Assembly (NCBI GenBank): GCA_045590475.1
Contig: JAZNQZ010000038.1
Location: 1,700 to 65,699 of the forward strand
Direction: 5' to 3'
Length of the DNA stretch: 64,000 nt
DNA from: Christensenellaceae bacterium
GTDB lineage: Bacteria; Bacillota; Clostridia; Christensenellales; Borkfalkiaceae
Shown: positions 45,472 to 55,965 of the stretch, in pieces
Numbering within the stretch: position 1 is the first letter of the stretch
Layout of the letters: the number at the start of each line of letters is the position of its first letter
The notes under the pieces: model-generated
Database searches by the model: none
The model's input: only the letters and a program-made list of their open reading frames with translations
Told to the model about the DNA's origin: nothing
Made by a program: the position numbers and the translations under genes

Positions 45472-45717
45472 ATGTTAGAACTTATTAAATACGTTATCAG
45501 CCGTTTTGCCGAAAAGCCAGACGAAGTTTTATACGACGTTGTTGACGATGGTAAAGTGGTTAACGTAACGGTTACCCTTGCTGATAGTGATATGGGTAAA
45601 GTTATCGGTCGCCAAGGCAAGATTGCAAAGGCGCTTAGAACTCTCGTTCGCGTTGGCTCAGCAAAGGAAAATAAAAAGTATAATATTGAAATTAAGGAAC
45701 GCGGGGAAAATGATTAA
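45472..45717 (+). CDS. khpA: KH-domain RNA-binding protein (YlqC/KhpA family)
   Basis: About 81 aa with VIGRQGKIAKALRTL (GXXG KH motif). Conserved position between rpsP and rimM. ATG at 45472 after aaggag. Confidence 0.85.
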   Translation: MLELIKYVISRFAEKPDEVLYDVVDDGKVVNVTVTLADSDMGKVIGRQGKIAKALRTLVRVGSAKENKKYNIEIKERGEND

Positions 45718-45729
45718 TTCCCCGTTTTT
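45702..45729 (+). terminator. Internal terminator/attenuator hairpin between khpA and rimM
   Basis: cggggaa/ttccccg 7-bp stem (45702-45708 / 45718-45724), 9-nt loop containing the khpA stop, then T5. Confidence 0.55.
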
Positions 45730-45746
45730 CTTCCTACTTATTTTAA

Positions 45747-46256
45747 ATGCAAGAAACTCTTAAAATCGGGCTAATTTTAAAACCACAAGGAATTCGTGGT
45801 GAGTTAAAAATTCAGCCGTTAACTGACGATATAAACCGATTTAAGTCCTTAAAAGAAGTTATAATCGACGATAAGAATTACAAGGTTTTATCCTGTTCAA
45901 TCGGTGGGAACACCGTATTTATTACACTTTTAGGGATTAATGATAGAAATACTGCGGAAATCTTCCGTGGTAAGTTTTTGCGTGTAACGCGAGAAAACGC
46001 TATTCCACTTGAAGAAGGTAGATATTTTATTACCGATATAATCGGTTGCGATTTGGTTACTTTAGACGGTGAAAAAATAGGTGAAGTTACCGATATTTTT
46101 TCTGCACGCACCGATATTTTTACGATAAAATGCGTTGACGGGAAAATTATGCGTTTTCCATTTTTAAATAGAGTGGTTAAAAAGGTTGACGTCGTTAACC
46201 GTATTATTTTTGTTGACAAGGAAAAACTCAGTGAGGTTTCGTGTTATGAAGATTGA
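45747..46256 (+). CDS. rimM: Ribosome maturation factor RimM
   Basis: IGLILKPQGIRGELKIQPLTD N-terminal barrel pattern, C-terminal PRC barrel, position upstream of trmD. Confidence 0.9.
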   Translation: MQETLKIGLILKPQGIRGELKIQPLTDDINRFKSLKEVIIDDKNYKVLSCSIGGNTVFITLLGINDRNTAEIFRGKFLRVTRENAIPLEEGRYFITDIIGCDLVTLDGEKIGEVTDIFSARTDIFTIKCVDGKIMRFPFLNRVVKKVDVVNRIIFVDKEKLSEVSCYED

Positions 46257-46923
46257 CGTTTTAACGCTTTTTCCCGAAATGTTTACCCCTTTAAAAACTA
46301 GCATTATAGGGCGTGCAGTAGATAGTGGAAAACTAGAAATTAATATCGTTGATATTCGTGATTACACTTTAGATAAACACAAAAAGTGTGACGATACTCC
46401 TTTTGGTGGCGGGGCAGGTATGGTTATGATGCCTCAACCTATTAAAGACGCTATTTTAGCAGTGGATAAAGACCATACGGCAAAAAGAATTTATCTTTCT
46501 CCAAAGGGAAGAGTTTTTAAGCAAGAAGTAGTTTTAGAATATTCAAAACTTGACCATATTTTATTACTTTGTGGACATTACGAAGGCGTTGACCAAAGGG
46601 TAATCGACCTTTTTATTGACGAAGAATTGTCTATTGGCGATTTCGTTTTAACGGGTGGGGAAATTCCGGCAATGGCTGTCGTTGACGCCGTTGCAAGATA
46701 CGTTGACGGCGTTATAAATAACGACTCTCTCGACCAAGAAAGTTTTGCTAGTGGAATGCTTGAATATCCACATTATACTCGTCCACAAGAGTTTATGGGG
46801 CTAAAAGTTCCAGAAGTTTTAACTAGTGGGCATCACGGAAAAATCGATGAGTGGCGTGCGCAACAATCTAAGGAAATCACTATGAAAAATCGCCCTGACT
46901 TAATAGAGAAGGAGCGCAGATAA
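46246..46923 (+). CDS. trmD: tRNA (guanine37-N1)-methyltransferase TrmD
   Basis: MKIDVLTLFPEMF, DDTPFGGGAGMVM, SPKG, CGHYEGVDQRV, SIGDFVLTGGE. The start is moved to the ATG at 46246, after gtgagg. Confidence 0.95.
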   Translation: MKIDVLTLFPEMFTPLKTSIIGRAVDSGKLEINIVDIRDYTLDKHKKCDDTPFGGGAGMVMMPQPIKDAILAVDKDHTAKRIYLSPKGRVFKQEVVLEYSKLDHILLLCGHYEGVDQRVIDLFIDEELSIGDFVLTGGEIPAMAVVDAVARYVDGVINNDSLDQESFASGMLEYPHYTRPQEFMGLKVPEVLTSGHHGKIDEWRAQQSKEITMKNRPDLIEKERR

Positions 46924-46924
46924 A

Positions 46925-47758
46925 ATGAAACATTTACAATGGTTTCCGGGGCATATGACAGCAGCGATGCGTATGATGGAAGAAAACGTTAAGGCTGTTG
47001 ACGGAGTTATGATTGTGCTTGATGCTAGAGCGCCGAGGGCTTCTCTAAACCCAAAACTAGATAAACTTTTTACGAATAAAAAAGTGCTTTACGTTTTGAA
47101 TAAAACCGACTTAGTTGAACCTAGTGACGTTAAGAAAACGGTAAACGAATTTACCTTAGATGGTAAAGAAACGGTTGCCGTTAGCGCGATGGATAAACGC
47201 GCAGTTGATTTACTATATAGCCGAATTTTTTCCTTGCTTAAAGAAAAGTTAGAAAGGAACAAATTAAAAGGCGTTTTTAAGCCTATCAGGGTAATGGTTG
47301 CGGGAATTCCTAACACGGGAAAATCAACGATTATCAACGCCCTTTGTGGTGGTAAAAAGACGGTTACGGGCGATAAAGCGGGGGTTACTAAAGGTAAACA
47401 ATGGGTAAGGCTTCGCGAACTTGAACTTTTAGATACACCCGGCACTATGCCACCAGCATTTGAAAATCAAACGCTTGCTAAACACCTTGCTTACGTGGGT
47501 AGCATGAACGATGCTAATATTGATTTTGGCGACTTGGCGTTTGAACTTTTAATGGAACTTAAAGAAAAATATCCCGATGCCTTAAAAAACAAGTACGGAA
47601 TTGACGATTTAGATGTTGAAACGATAGAACTTTTCAATGCGATTTGCGTTCGCCGTGGCTTTTTAAGACGTGGTGGAGAATATGATTATGAGCGTTGTGC
47701 AACGGCTATAATCGACGATTTTAGAAAGGGAAGAATAGGTAAAATTATTCTCGATTGA
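46925..47758 (+). CDS. rbgA: Ribosome biogenesis GTPase A (YlqF/RbgA, circularly permuted GTPase)
   Basis: WFPGHM start, with the G4 motif NKTDL preceding G1 GIPNTGKST and DTPG. Confidence 0.9.
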   Translation: MKHLQWFPGHMTAAMRMMEENVKAVDGVMIVLDARAPRASLNPKLDKLFTNKKVLYVLNKTDLVEPSDVKKTVNEFTLDGKETVAVSAMDKRAVDLLYSRIFSLLKEKLERNKLKGVFKPIRVMVAGIPNTGKSTIINALCGGKKTVTGDKAGVTKGKQWVRLRELELLDTPGTMPPAFENQTLAKHLAYVGSMNDANIDFGDLAFELLMELKEKYPDALKNKYGIDDLDVETIELFNAICVRRGFLRRGGEYDYERCATAIIDDFRKGRIGKIILD

Positions 47759-47759
47759 T

Positions 47760-48368
47760 ATGGATAATTTAGTTTACGAAAGAAAGTATTACGACAATGG
47801 TTATAAAATAGTTGCAGGAGTTGACGAAGTGGGTAGAGGTCCACTTGCAGGTCCCGTAGTTTGTTGTGCCGTAATTATGCCCTTAAACGATATTATTGAA
47901 GGTGTTACTGACAGTAAGAAACTAACTGAAAAGAAAAGAGAAGCGCTTGCTAAAATTATTAAAGAGAAGGCGATTTCATATTCTATATTTGAAGTTTCCC
48001 AAGAAGAAATTGATTGCATCAACATTTTAGAAGCGGTAAAAAAATGTATGGTAGGCGCAGTAAAAGGCTTAAAAGTTACACCCGATATAACCTTAGTCGA
48101 CGGGGTAAATACCAACTTAAGTATTAACGCAGAGTATATCGTTAAAGGGGATTTGAAGAGTTATTCAATCGGTTGCGCTTCGATATTGGCGAAAGTATAT
48201 AGAGATAATTTAATGACCGAATATGCGAAAGAATTTCCCGAATATTCCTTTGAAAAACACAAGGGATACGGAACTAAAATTCATATAGAAAAAATCAAGG
48301 AGATAGGACCTTGCAAATTGCACAGAAAAACTTTTATAAAAAACTTCTGGGTAGAGCAGGCGAAGTAA
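47760..48368 (+). CDS. rnhB: Ribonuclease HII
   Basis: GVDEVGRGPLAGPVV, DSKKL and HKGYGT motifs. Confidence 0.93.
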   Translation: MDNLVYERKYYDNGYKIVAGVDEVGRGPLAGPVVCCAVIMPLNDIIEGVTDSKKLTEKKREALAKIIKEKAISYSIFEVSQEEIDCINILEAVKKCMVGAVKGLKVTPDITLVDGVNTNLSINAEYIVKGDLKSYSIGCASILAKVYRDNLMTEYAKEFPEYSFEKHKGYGTKIHIEKIKEIGPCKLHRKTFIKNFWVEQAK

Positions 48369-48676
48369 AAGCCTGTGAATTTTTAAAAAATAAAGGATAT
48401 AAAATTTTAGAGAAAAACTATAAAACCTATTGTGGTGAAATAGACTTAATCGCGTTAGACAAAGAGTATATAGTTTTTGTTGAAGTAAAAACTAGAATTA
48501 ACGATGATTTTGGCGCGCCAAGTGAAGCAGTTACTCTAAAAAAACAAGAAAAATACTATAAAGTTGCAAGCGAATATTTGCAAAGAGAGAAAAAACTTGA
48601 CTCACTTTGTAGGTTTGACGTTATAGAAATAGAAAACGGACAAATAAATCATATAATTGATGCATTTTCTATGTAA
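48311..48676 (+). CDS. yraN: YraN family endonuclease-like protein (UPF0102)
   Basis: LGRAGEVKACEFLKNKGYKILEKNYKTYCGEIDLIA...FVEVKTR is a typical YraN pattern. The start codon is uncertain: TTG at 48311 overlaps rnhB by 58 nt. Confidence 0.75.
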   Translation: MQIAQKNFYKKLLGRAGEVKACEFLKNKGYKILEKNYKTYCGEIDLIALDKEYIVFVEVKTRINDDFGAPSEAVTLKKQEKYYKVASEYLQREKKLDSLCRFDVIEIENGQINHIIDAFSM

Positions 48677-48784
48677 AAACGCTTGCGTTTAATTAAAAAA
48701 TATGTTATTATAATAGACGCTTTGGGCGTTCCTCTTGCATTTTGATATGGCAATGAACGTTTAATAAAACGGAGGTAAAAGCAA

Positions 48785-49132
48785 ATGAGCAACATTATTG
48801 AAGCTATCAATCAAGAAAACGTTAAGAGCAGTGTTCCTGAATTCAACGTTGGTGATACCGTTAGAGTTATGGTAAAAGTTATCGAAGGTGACAGAGAAAG
48901 ATTGCAAGCGTTCGAAGGTATCGTTATCGCCAGAAAACACGGTGGTATCAGCGAAACCTTTACCGTTAGAAGAATTTCTTTCGGCGTAGGCGTTGAAAAA
49001 ACTTTCCCAATCCACTCACCAAAGGTTGCGGACATCCAAGTTGTTAGACAAGGTAAGGTTCGTCGTGCGAAACTTTATTACTTGCGCGCTCGTACGGGTA
49101 AGGCTGCTAAGGTTAAAGAAGTTAAGAGATAA
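48785..49132 (+). CDS. rplS: 50S ribosomal protein L19
   Basis: [44 protein letters not shown] is canonical L19. Confidence 0.97.
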   Translation: MSNIIEAINQENVKSSVPEFNVGDTVRVMVKVIEGDRERLQAFEGIVIARKHGGISETFTVRRISFGVGVEKTFPIHSPKVADIQVVRQGKVRRAKLYYLRARTGKAAKVKEVKR

Positions 49133-49149
49133 TTGACGAAAAAAATGAG

Positions 49150-49185
49150 AGAACTTGCTGAAAAATTCAGTAAGTTCTTTTTTTT
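49150..49185 (+). terminator. Rho-independent terminator for rplS
   Basis: agaacttgctgaa/ttcagtaagttct 13-bp stem (one G-U pair), 3-nt loop, T7. Confidence 0.8.
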
Positions 49186-49346
49186 GTTATTATAATCAAT
49201 TTACTTTTATAAAAAAATAATATATAATAAAATCAGTCGCTCTATACATTATATATAGGGAATATAAAATTATACCAAAATTTAAGGCTTTATAGGGTGA
49301 TTTAATTGACAAAAGGAAAGGTAGTTTATTCTACTAAAAGAAAAAA

Positions 49347-50870
49347 ATGATTGCAAAGATTTTTAGTTTTTCACTTATTGGTTTAAAAGGTATACCAATT
49401 GAACTAGAAGTTGACGTTTCTAACGGGCTACCAGCATTTGATATCGTTGGGCTTGCGGACACTGCCGTTAAAGAGTCTAAAGAGCGCGTTCGTTCTGCGT
49501 TAAAAAATAGTGGATTTAGCGTTCCAACTAGGCGACTTACTGCAAACCTTGCGCCTGCCGACGTTAAAAAAGAAGGTTCTTCACTTGACTTAGCGTTATC
49601 TATCGGCGTATTAAAAGCAAGTGGGCAGTTGGTTGCTGAAACTGACGGAATCGTTTTTTTAGGTGAACTTTCTTTAGACGGAAGTTTAAGAAGAATAAAC
49701 GGTGTTTTACCAACCTTGATTTCGGCGCTTAGCGAAGGATATAAAAAGTTTATTATACCTAAGGGGAATGAGAGAGAAGCATCTTTCGTTAACGGCATTG
49801 AAGTTGTTACTGCTGAAAACTTAAAGCAAGTTGTAGACCACTTGTCAGGTTTAGCGCCTATTAAACCTTTAATTTTACAAGAATATCTTTCAAATAAAAA
49901 CGAAAGCGTTTACGATAGCGATATGTCGTTGGTTAAAGGTCAAGCAGTTGCTAAGCGCGCTTTGGAAGTTGCTGTTTCCGGTGGGCATAACCTTTTATTC
50001 GTGGGCGCGCCTGGAACGGGTAAAACTATGCTTGCAAAGTGCATTCCAACGATTATGCCTGATATGACCTTTCAAGAAGCGTTAGAAACTACCAAAATTC
50101 ATTCTATTGCAGGTATGCTTAAAGATGCTGACGGCATAGTTTTAACTAGACCGTTTAGAAGCCCTCACCACACTGCGACCACGGTTGCTATGACGGGTGG
50201 TGGAAGTAGTTTAAAACCAGGTGAAATTAGCCTTGCTCATAACGGCGTTTTATTTCTTGACGAAATGCCAGAATATAACCGTTCAACCTTAGAAGCCTTG
50301 CGCCAACCTTTAGAAGACGGGGTTATCAGCGTATCTCGTGCTACGGGGAAGGTTGATTATCCTGCGAATTTTATGCTTTGTGGAAGTATGAATCCTTGCC
50401 CTTGTGGGAATTACGGAAGCAGTGATAAGGTTTGTACTTGTTCACCTAGTCAAATATCTAAATATAAAGCGAAGATTTCGGGTCCATTACTTGATAGAAT
50501 TGATATTCAAGTGGAAGTTGACAGCGTTAAATATACCGAACTTATCGATAACGAAGTTGCTGAAAGTTCAAAAGTTATTCGTGAAAGAGTTAATAGAACG
50601 CGCCTTATTCAAAAGGAAAGGTTTATTAACGACGGCATTTTAACTAACAGCGATATGGGTGAAAAACACATTAAGAAATATTGTAAATTAAACAGCCAAT
50701 GTGAAGAAGTTTTAAAGAACGCATACGATAGTTTGCACCTTTCACCAAGGGCGAGAAGCCGTATTATAAAGGTTGCAAGAACGATTGCTGATATGAATTT
50801 ATATGAAGATATAAGGGTAGAGCATATTTTAGAAGCAATCAGTTATCGCCATAGTGACGGAACGTTATAA
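49347..50870 (+). CDS. comM: YifB/ComM family Mg-chelatase-like AAA+ ATPase
   Basis: N-terminal Lon-protease-like domain, Walker A GAPGTGKTM, Walker B VLFLDE, and a Cys cluster CPCGNYGSSDKVCTC. Confidence 0.92.
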   Translation: MIAKIFSFSLIGLKGIPIELEVDVSNGLPAFDIVGLADTAVKESKERVRSALKNSGFSVPTRRLTANLAPADVKKEGSSLDLALSIGVLKASGQLVAETDGIVFLGELSLDGSLRRINGVLPTLISALSEGYKKFIIPKGNEREASFVNGIEVVTAENLKQVVDHLSGLAPIKPLILQEYLSNKNESVYDSDMSLVKGQAVAKRALEVAVSGGHNLLFVGAPGTGKTMLAKCIPTIMPDMTFQEALETTKIHSIAGMLKDADGIVLTRPFRSPHHTATTVAMTGGGSSLKPGEISLAHNGVLFLDEMPEYNRSTLEALRQPLEDGVISVSRATGKVDYPANFMLCGSMNPCPCGNYGSSDKVCTCSPSQISKYKAKISGPLLDRIDIQVEVDSVKYTELIDNEVAESSKVIRERVNRTRLIQKERFINDGILTNSDMGEKHIKKYCKLNSQCEEVLKNAYDSLHLSPRARSRIIKVARTIADMNLYEDIRVEHILEAISYRHSDGTL

Positions 50871-50872
50871 AA

Positions 50873-51967
50873 ATGAAAAATTATACTAACGAAGAATTGT
50901 GCTTAATATTTATAGACAGTTTTTTAGAAATAGATTATAAAATTAAGCGCGAAATTTTGAATTTTATCGACGACAAAACTACTTTTGAAGATTTTACCGA
51001 TAAAGTTTTACAATACCTAGTAACAGTAGTTGGTGAAAAAGAGTATAACACGATAAAAGCGTCGGCGAATAAAGAATATTTAGATTTTTTACTTGAAAAC
51101 CTTGATAAGAAAGGGGTAGAGGCGACAACTTACTTATCAAACGATTATCCAAAAGCGCTTATAAATATTACTTGTCCACCGATAGTTATATATTATAAGG
51201 GCAACTTAGAAATCTTAAACGAAGATACTTTTTCAATCGTTGGAAGTAGAAAGAGTTTAATTAGTTCAATTAATATTGCTAAAAGATATACTGAAGAATT
51301 AATTAATGCGAATTTCACTTTAGTTACGGGAATAGCAGAAGGTATTGACGAAGCAGTTTTAACTAAAGTGCTTGAACGTGGCGGTAAAGCCGTTTCGGTT
51401 ATTGCCGGTGGGCTTGATAAAATTTATCCAAAAATAAATTCTCAACTTGCAGAGAAAATAAGTGAAAACGGATTAATACTTAGCGAATATCCATTGGGAA
51501 CCTTATCTAAACCATATTATTTTCCAATTAGGAATAGAATAATCGCAGGGCTTTCAAAAGGTGTGTTAATAGTTAGCGCAGGGATAAAGAGTGGAACTTT
51601 TTATACGGCTGAATATGCAAACGATTTTGGAAAGGATTTATTTGCAATTCCTTATAGTGTGGGCGTTTTAAGTGGCGCAGGCTGTAACGAATTGATTAAA
51701 AAAGGCGCAATTTTAACCGATTGCCCAACGGATATTATTGACTTTTACGGTAAAACCGTAAAGAAAATTGAACTTTCGCTATCTAGCGTAGAGAAAGAAG
51801 TTATTAACGCGTTAAAAGACGGCGAACTTCATATTGAAAAATTATCAACCCTAATAAATAAAAAGGTGTTTGAGTTAACCCCAATTCTCTCGATATTAGA
51901 GATAAAAGGGATTATAGTAAAAAGTGGAAACGTATATGGACTTATACGTAACGATTTGGAGGATTAA
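50873..51967 (+). CDS. dprA: DNA-processing protein DprA (Smf)
   Basis: Rossmann-like core SIVGSRK...GIAEGIDEAV...GGLDKIYP...RNRIIAGLS. Position upstream of topA. Confidence 0.9.
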   Translation: MKNYTNEELCLIFIDSFLEIDYKIKREILNFIDDKTTFEDFTDKVLQYLVTVVGEKEYNTIKASANKEYLDFLLENLDKKGVEATTYLSNDYPKALINITCPPIVIYYKGNLEILNEDTFSIVGSRKSLISSINIAKRYTEELINANFTLVTGIAEGIDEAVLTKVLERGGKAVSVIAGGLDKIYPKINSQLAEKISENGLILSEYPLGTLSKPYYFPIRNRIIAGLSKGVLIVSAGIKSGTFYTAEYANDFGKDLFAIPYSVGVLSGAGCNELIKKGAILTDCPTDIIDFYGKTVKKIELSLSSVEKEVINALKDGELHIEKLSTLINKKVFELTPILSILEIKGIIVKSGNVYGLIRNDLED

Positions 51968-54118
51968 ATGCAACTAATTATCGTGGAATCTCCCCACAAA
52001 GCAGCGACCATAGGAAAATTTTTAAAAGGTGAATATGTTGTTAAAGCGTCAAAAGGTCACGTTAGAGACTTACCTACAAACTATATGGGGATAAGTTTAA
52101 ACAACAACTTTGAACCACATTACGTAATTTCACCTGATAAAAAACAAGCGATAAAAGATTTAGAAACCACGGCAAAAAAAGCCGATAAAATATATCTTGC
52201 AACCGACCCGGATAGAGAAGGGGAAGCGATTTCTTGGCACTTGGCAGAAGTTTTAGGAATTAATACTAACGAAAAAAATCGTATTGAATTTAATGAAATT
52301 TCGGAAAAAGCAGTTAAAAACGCTTTAGCAAATCCAAGAAAAATCGATATGAATTTAGTTGACGCGCAACAAGCACGAAGAGTTTTAGATAGAATAGTTG
52401 GTTATTCTATTTCTCCTGCTGCAAGTTCAAGATTAAACGATAATCTTTCAGCGGGAAGAGTTCAATCGGTTGCGCTAAAAATGGTGGTTGATAGAGAAAG
52501 AGAAATCACTGCTTTTAAGCCTGAAGAATATTGGAACTTAAAAGCCGAAGTTGAACCTAACGGAAAAAGTAAGTTTAAAGTTTTGCTCGTTGAAAAGGCT
52601 GGAAAGAAATTTAAGCCTATAAATGAAGAACAAGCAAAAGAAGTTGAAAACCAATTAAAGGACGCGGAATTTTTCGTTAAAAACGTAAAGAGTGCAAAAG
52701 TTAAATCACACGCTCCTGCTCCATACATTACTAGTACTTTGCAACAAGATGGTTCTATTAGGCTAAACTTATCTGCGCCACAAGTAATGCAAATTGCTCA
52801 AAGATTATACGAAGGTGTGGAAACTCCAAGAGGGCATCTTGCACTCATTACCTATATGAGAACGGACTCGGTTAGAATTTCAACCGAAGCGCAAAATAAA
52901 GCCCGTGAGTTTATTGCTAAAAACTTTGGTAAAGATTACGTTCCTGAAAGACCTAACGTATATCGCGCGAAAAAAGACGCTCAAGACGCGCACGAAGCGA
53001 TTAGACCTATCGATATAAATTTAACACCGGATAGTTTAGAAGGCGTTTTAGATAAAAATCAATTTAGATTATATAAACTTATTTACGAACGCTTTATTGC
53101 TTCTCAAATGGCTGAAGCGATTTACGACAGTATGGCTGTTGAAGTGGGTGCAAACGATTATATCTTTAAAACGAGTGGTAAAACATTGCTATTTAAAGGT
53201 TATCTTGCCGTTTACGATAACACCAAAAAGGAAGATGACGAAGAAGGTGGCAACGCGCTCTTGCCAAACATTTCAAACGGTGAAAAATTAAACTTAAGAA
53301 AAATCGAAAAGGAACAAAAATTTACCAAACCCCCAACGCGTTATAGCGAAGCAACACTTATCGAAGCGATGGAAAAAAAGGGTATAGGTAGACCTTCAAC
53401 TTACGCTACGATTATGGCTAAATTAAGTGATAAAAAGCGTGAGTACGTTAGAAAAGAAAAGAAATTTTTAGTTCCTAACGACATAAGTTATTCGTTAATA
53501 GATTTCTTGGTGAGATATTTCCCTGAAATTATGGATATATCTTTCACCGCTAAAATGGAAGATTCTCTAGACGATATTGGCGAAGGTGGAAAAGATTGGC
53601 ATAAACTTATCGCTGATTTTTACGGACCTTTCTATAATCAACTTCAAGACGCTAAACTTACCGACGTTATTTGCGATAAGTGTGGCGCAAAAATGATTAT
53701 AAATAGTGGTAAATACGGCAATTATTACGCATGCTCTAATTACCCAAAATGCCAAAACATTAAGGCTGTTAATGAAAAGGTAGTTATTCCAACCGATAAA
53801 ATTTGCCCAAAGTGTGGGGCAACCATGGTTGAAAGAGACGGAAAGTTCGGTAAGTTTTTGGCTTGTTCAAATTATCCAAAGTGTAAGCATACCGTAAGTA
53901 TGACTGAAAGTGTTGGTACTTGCCCAGAGTGTGGTAAACCTACCAAGAAGATGACCAGCCGTGGTGGAAAAGTTTTTTACGGTTGTTCAAACTATCCAAA
54001 CTGTAAATTTATGAGTTGGGATATACCTACGGGTGAAAAATGCACCGATTGCGGATGTTATTTGATTGAAATTGACGGAAAGGTTAAATGCTCTAATAAA
54101 AAGTGTAAAAACGGTTAA
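51968..54118 (+). CDS. topA: DNA topoisomerase I
   Basis: Toprim domain (IVESPHKA, DPDREGEAI), active-site Tyr region ITYMRTDS, and four C-terminal CxxC...CxxC zinc ribbons. Confidence 0.97.
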   Translation: MQLIIVESPHKAATIGKFLKGEYVVKASKGHVRDLPTNYMGISLNNNFEPHYVISPDKKQAIKDLETTAKKADKIYLATDPDREGEAISWHLAEVLGINTNEKNRIEFNEISEKAVKNALANPRKIDMNLVDAQQARRVLDRIVGYSISPAASSRLNDNLSAGRVQSVALKMVVDREREITAFKPEEYWNLKAEVEPNGKSKFKVLLVEKAGKKFKPINEEQAKEVENQLKDAEFFVKNVKSAKVKSHAPAPYITSTLQQDGSIRLNLSAPQVMQIAQRLYEGVETPRGHLALITYMRTDSVRISTEAQNKAREFIAKNFGKDYVPERPNVYRAKKDAQDAHEAIRPIDINLTPDSLEGVLDKNQFRLYKLIYERFIASQMAEAIYDSMAVEVGANDYIFKTSGKTLLFKGYLAVYDNTKKEDDEEGGNALLPNISNGEKLNLRKIEKEQKFTKPPTRYSEATLIEAMEKKGIGRPSTYATIMAKLSDKKREYVRKEKKFLVPNDISYSLIDFLVRYFPEIMDISFTAKMEDSLDDIGEGGKDWHKLIADFYGPFYNQLQDAKLTDVICDKCGAKMIINSGKYGNYYACSNYPKCQNIKAVNEKVVIPTDKICPKCGATMVERDGKFGKFLACSNYPKCKHTVSMTESVGTCPECGKPTKKMTSRGGKVFYGCSNYPNCKFMSWDIPTGEKCTDCGCYLIEIDGKVKCSNKKCKNG

Positions 54119-54119
54119 A

Positions 54120-55421
54120 ATGCAAGAAGTTAAGATTATCGGTGGTGGCCTTGCGGGTGCGGAAACTGCATACCGTTTGGCAAAATCGGGAATAAAAGTT
54201 AAATTATACGATATAAAACCTAATAAGTTTACTCCAGCGCATAAGAGTGAGAATTATGCGGAATTAGTTTGTTCAAATTCATTAAAGAGTAACGACGTTT
54301 ACGGTAATGCCGCAGGCTTATTAAAGGAAGAAATGCGCATTTTAGGTTCGCTTATTATTGAGGCGGCGGATAAAACGCGTGTTCCAGCAGGTAACGCGTT
54401 GGCAGTTGATAGAGAGAAGTTTTCAAAGTATATAACGGATAAAATTAAAGAAAATGAAAATATCACTTTAATCAACGAAGAAGTTGAAGATATAAACTTT
54501 GACGAATATACCGTAATTGCAAGTGGACCGTTAACTACTGAAAAATTATCTAAAACTATTCAAAAAATCGTTGGAGACGGTTTAAGTTTTTACGATGCTT
54601 CTGCGCCCATTATAGACTTTAATAGTATCGATATGGAAAACGCTTTTTTTGGCGATAGATACGATAAAGGAAACGGCGACCACATTAACTGCCCTATGAA
54701 TAAAGAGCAGTATTTAGAGTTTATAGAAGAATTAAAAAAGGTTCAAAAAACACAACTTCACGGTTTTGAAAATACGGCTGTTTTTGAAGGCTGTATGCCT
54801 GTTGAAGTTATGGCTGAAAGGGGAATAGATACTCTTCGTTTCGGTCCGTTAAAACCCGTTGGACTTACCGACCCAAAGACGGGGCGCTGGGCGTACGCGT
54901 GCTTACAACTTAGAAAGGAAGACGCTGACGGATTAATGTATAATATGGTCGGTTTTCAAACTAATCTTTTATGGGGCGAACAAAAGAGAGTATTTTCTAT
55001 TATTCCTGCACTTAAAAACGCCGAATATTATAGATACGGGGTTATGCATAGAAATACTTTTATAAATTCCCCAAAAGTTCTAAACGAAGATTATTCGCTA
55101 AAAGAACACGAAAAAACTTATTTTGCCGGACAAATAACGGGCGTTGAAGGTTACGTTGAAAGCGCTGCAAGTGGGCTTATGACGGCAATTTATCTAGAGA
55201 GAAAATTAAAGGGTAAAGAAGTGAAGCCTATATCGAAAAAGACGGTTTTAGGCGCACTTGCAAATTATATTACAACTGAAAATAAAGATTTTCAGCCAAT
55301 GAACGCAAATTTTGGCATATTGCCACCACCCGATAGAATTATTAGGGATAAGGCGGAGAGAAAACGTTATATGGCTGAGAGAAGTTTGAAAGAAGTTAAT
55401 GCTTTTAAGGAGGATATATAA
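54120..55421 (+). CDS. trmFO: Methylenetetrahydrofolate--tRNA-(uracil54-C5)-methyltransferase TrmFO
   Basis: FAD motif [13 protein letters not shown]-like ([13 protein letters not shown]) and VCSNSLKS. The start is moved to the ATG at 54120, directly after the topA stop. Confidence 0.93.
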   Translation: MQEVKIIGGGLAGAETAYRLAKSGIKVKLYDIKPNKFTPAHKSENYAELVCSNSLKSNDVYGNAAGLLKEEMRILGSLIIEAADKTRVPAGNALAVDREKFSKYITDKIKENENITLINEEVEDINFDEYTVIASGPLTTEKLSKTIQKIVGDGLSFYDASAPIIDFNSIDMENAFFGDRYDKGNGDHINCPMNKEQYLEFIEELKKVQKTQLHGFENTAVFEGCMPVEVMAERGIDTLRFGPLKPVGLTDPKTGRWAYACLQLRKEDADGLMYNMVGFQTNLLWGEQKRVFSIIPALKNAEYYRYGVMHRNTFINSPKVLNEDYSLKEHEKTYFAGQITGVEGYVESAASGLMTAIYLERKLKGKEVKPISKKTVLGALANYITTENKDFQPMNANFGILPPPDRIIRDKAERKRYMAERSLKEVNAFKEDI

Positions 55422-55954
55422 TGCATGAATTTATGGGCACTACTATTTGTGCTGTAAAAAAAGATGGAAAAACTGCTATTGCTGGTGACGGACAAGTTAC
55501 CCTTTCGCAATCGGTAGTATTTAAGAATAACGCCGTTAAAGTTAGACGCATTTACGACGGAAAGGTTATTTTAGGTTTTGCAGGCTCTGTTGCAGACGCA
55601 TTTTCACTTTCGGAAAGATTTGAAGAAATGTTAAATAAATATTCCGGAAACTTAATGCGTTCAGCAGTTGAACTTGCTGAACTTTGGAGAAGTGATAAGG
55701 CAAGAAAATTAGAAGCGATGATGATAACTGCTGATAAAGATACCTTGCTAGTTATTTCTGGTACGGGTGAAGTTATTGAACCTGACGGTGGCGTTTGCGC
55801 TATCGGTAGTGGTGGGAATTACGCGTTAGCGGCTGCGCGCGCTCTTCGTCAAGAAACCGATTATTCGGCTGAAGATATCGTAAAAAAATCGCTTAAAATC
55901 GCAAGTGAAATTTGCGTGTTTACAAACGATAATATTACTTGTGAAGTTATTTAA
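55421..55954 (+). CDS. hslV: ATP-dependent protease subunit HslV
   Basis: Short propeptide followed by [16 protein letters not shown] and [11 protein letters not shown]. The start overlaps the trmFO stop (TAATG). Confidence 0.93.
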   Translation: MHEFMGTTICAVKKDGKTAIAGDGQVTLSQSVVFKNNAVKVRRIYDGKVILGFAGSVADAFSLSERFEEMLNKYSGNLMRSAVELAELWRSDKARKLEAMMITADKDTLLVISGTGEVIEPDGGVCAIGSGGNYALAAARALRQETDYSAEDIVKKSLKIASEICVFTNDNITCEVI

Positions 55955-55965
55955 GGGGGAAAGAT

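Noticed and set aside
48677-48784. L19 ribosomal-protein leader RNA and a promoter upstream of rplS.
   Set aside because: A TTGCGT ... TATAAT pair is present, but with a spacer of about 20 nt. I cannot reproduce the L19-leader helices by eye. An Infernal/Rfam scan would be needed.
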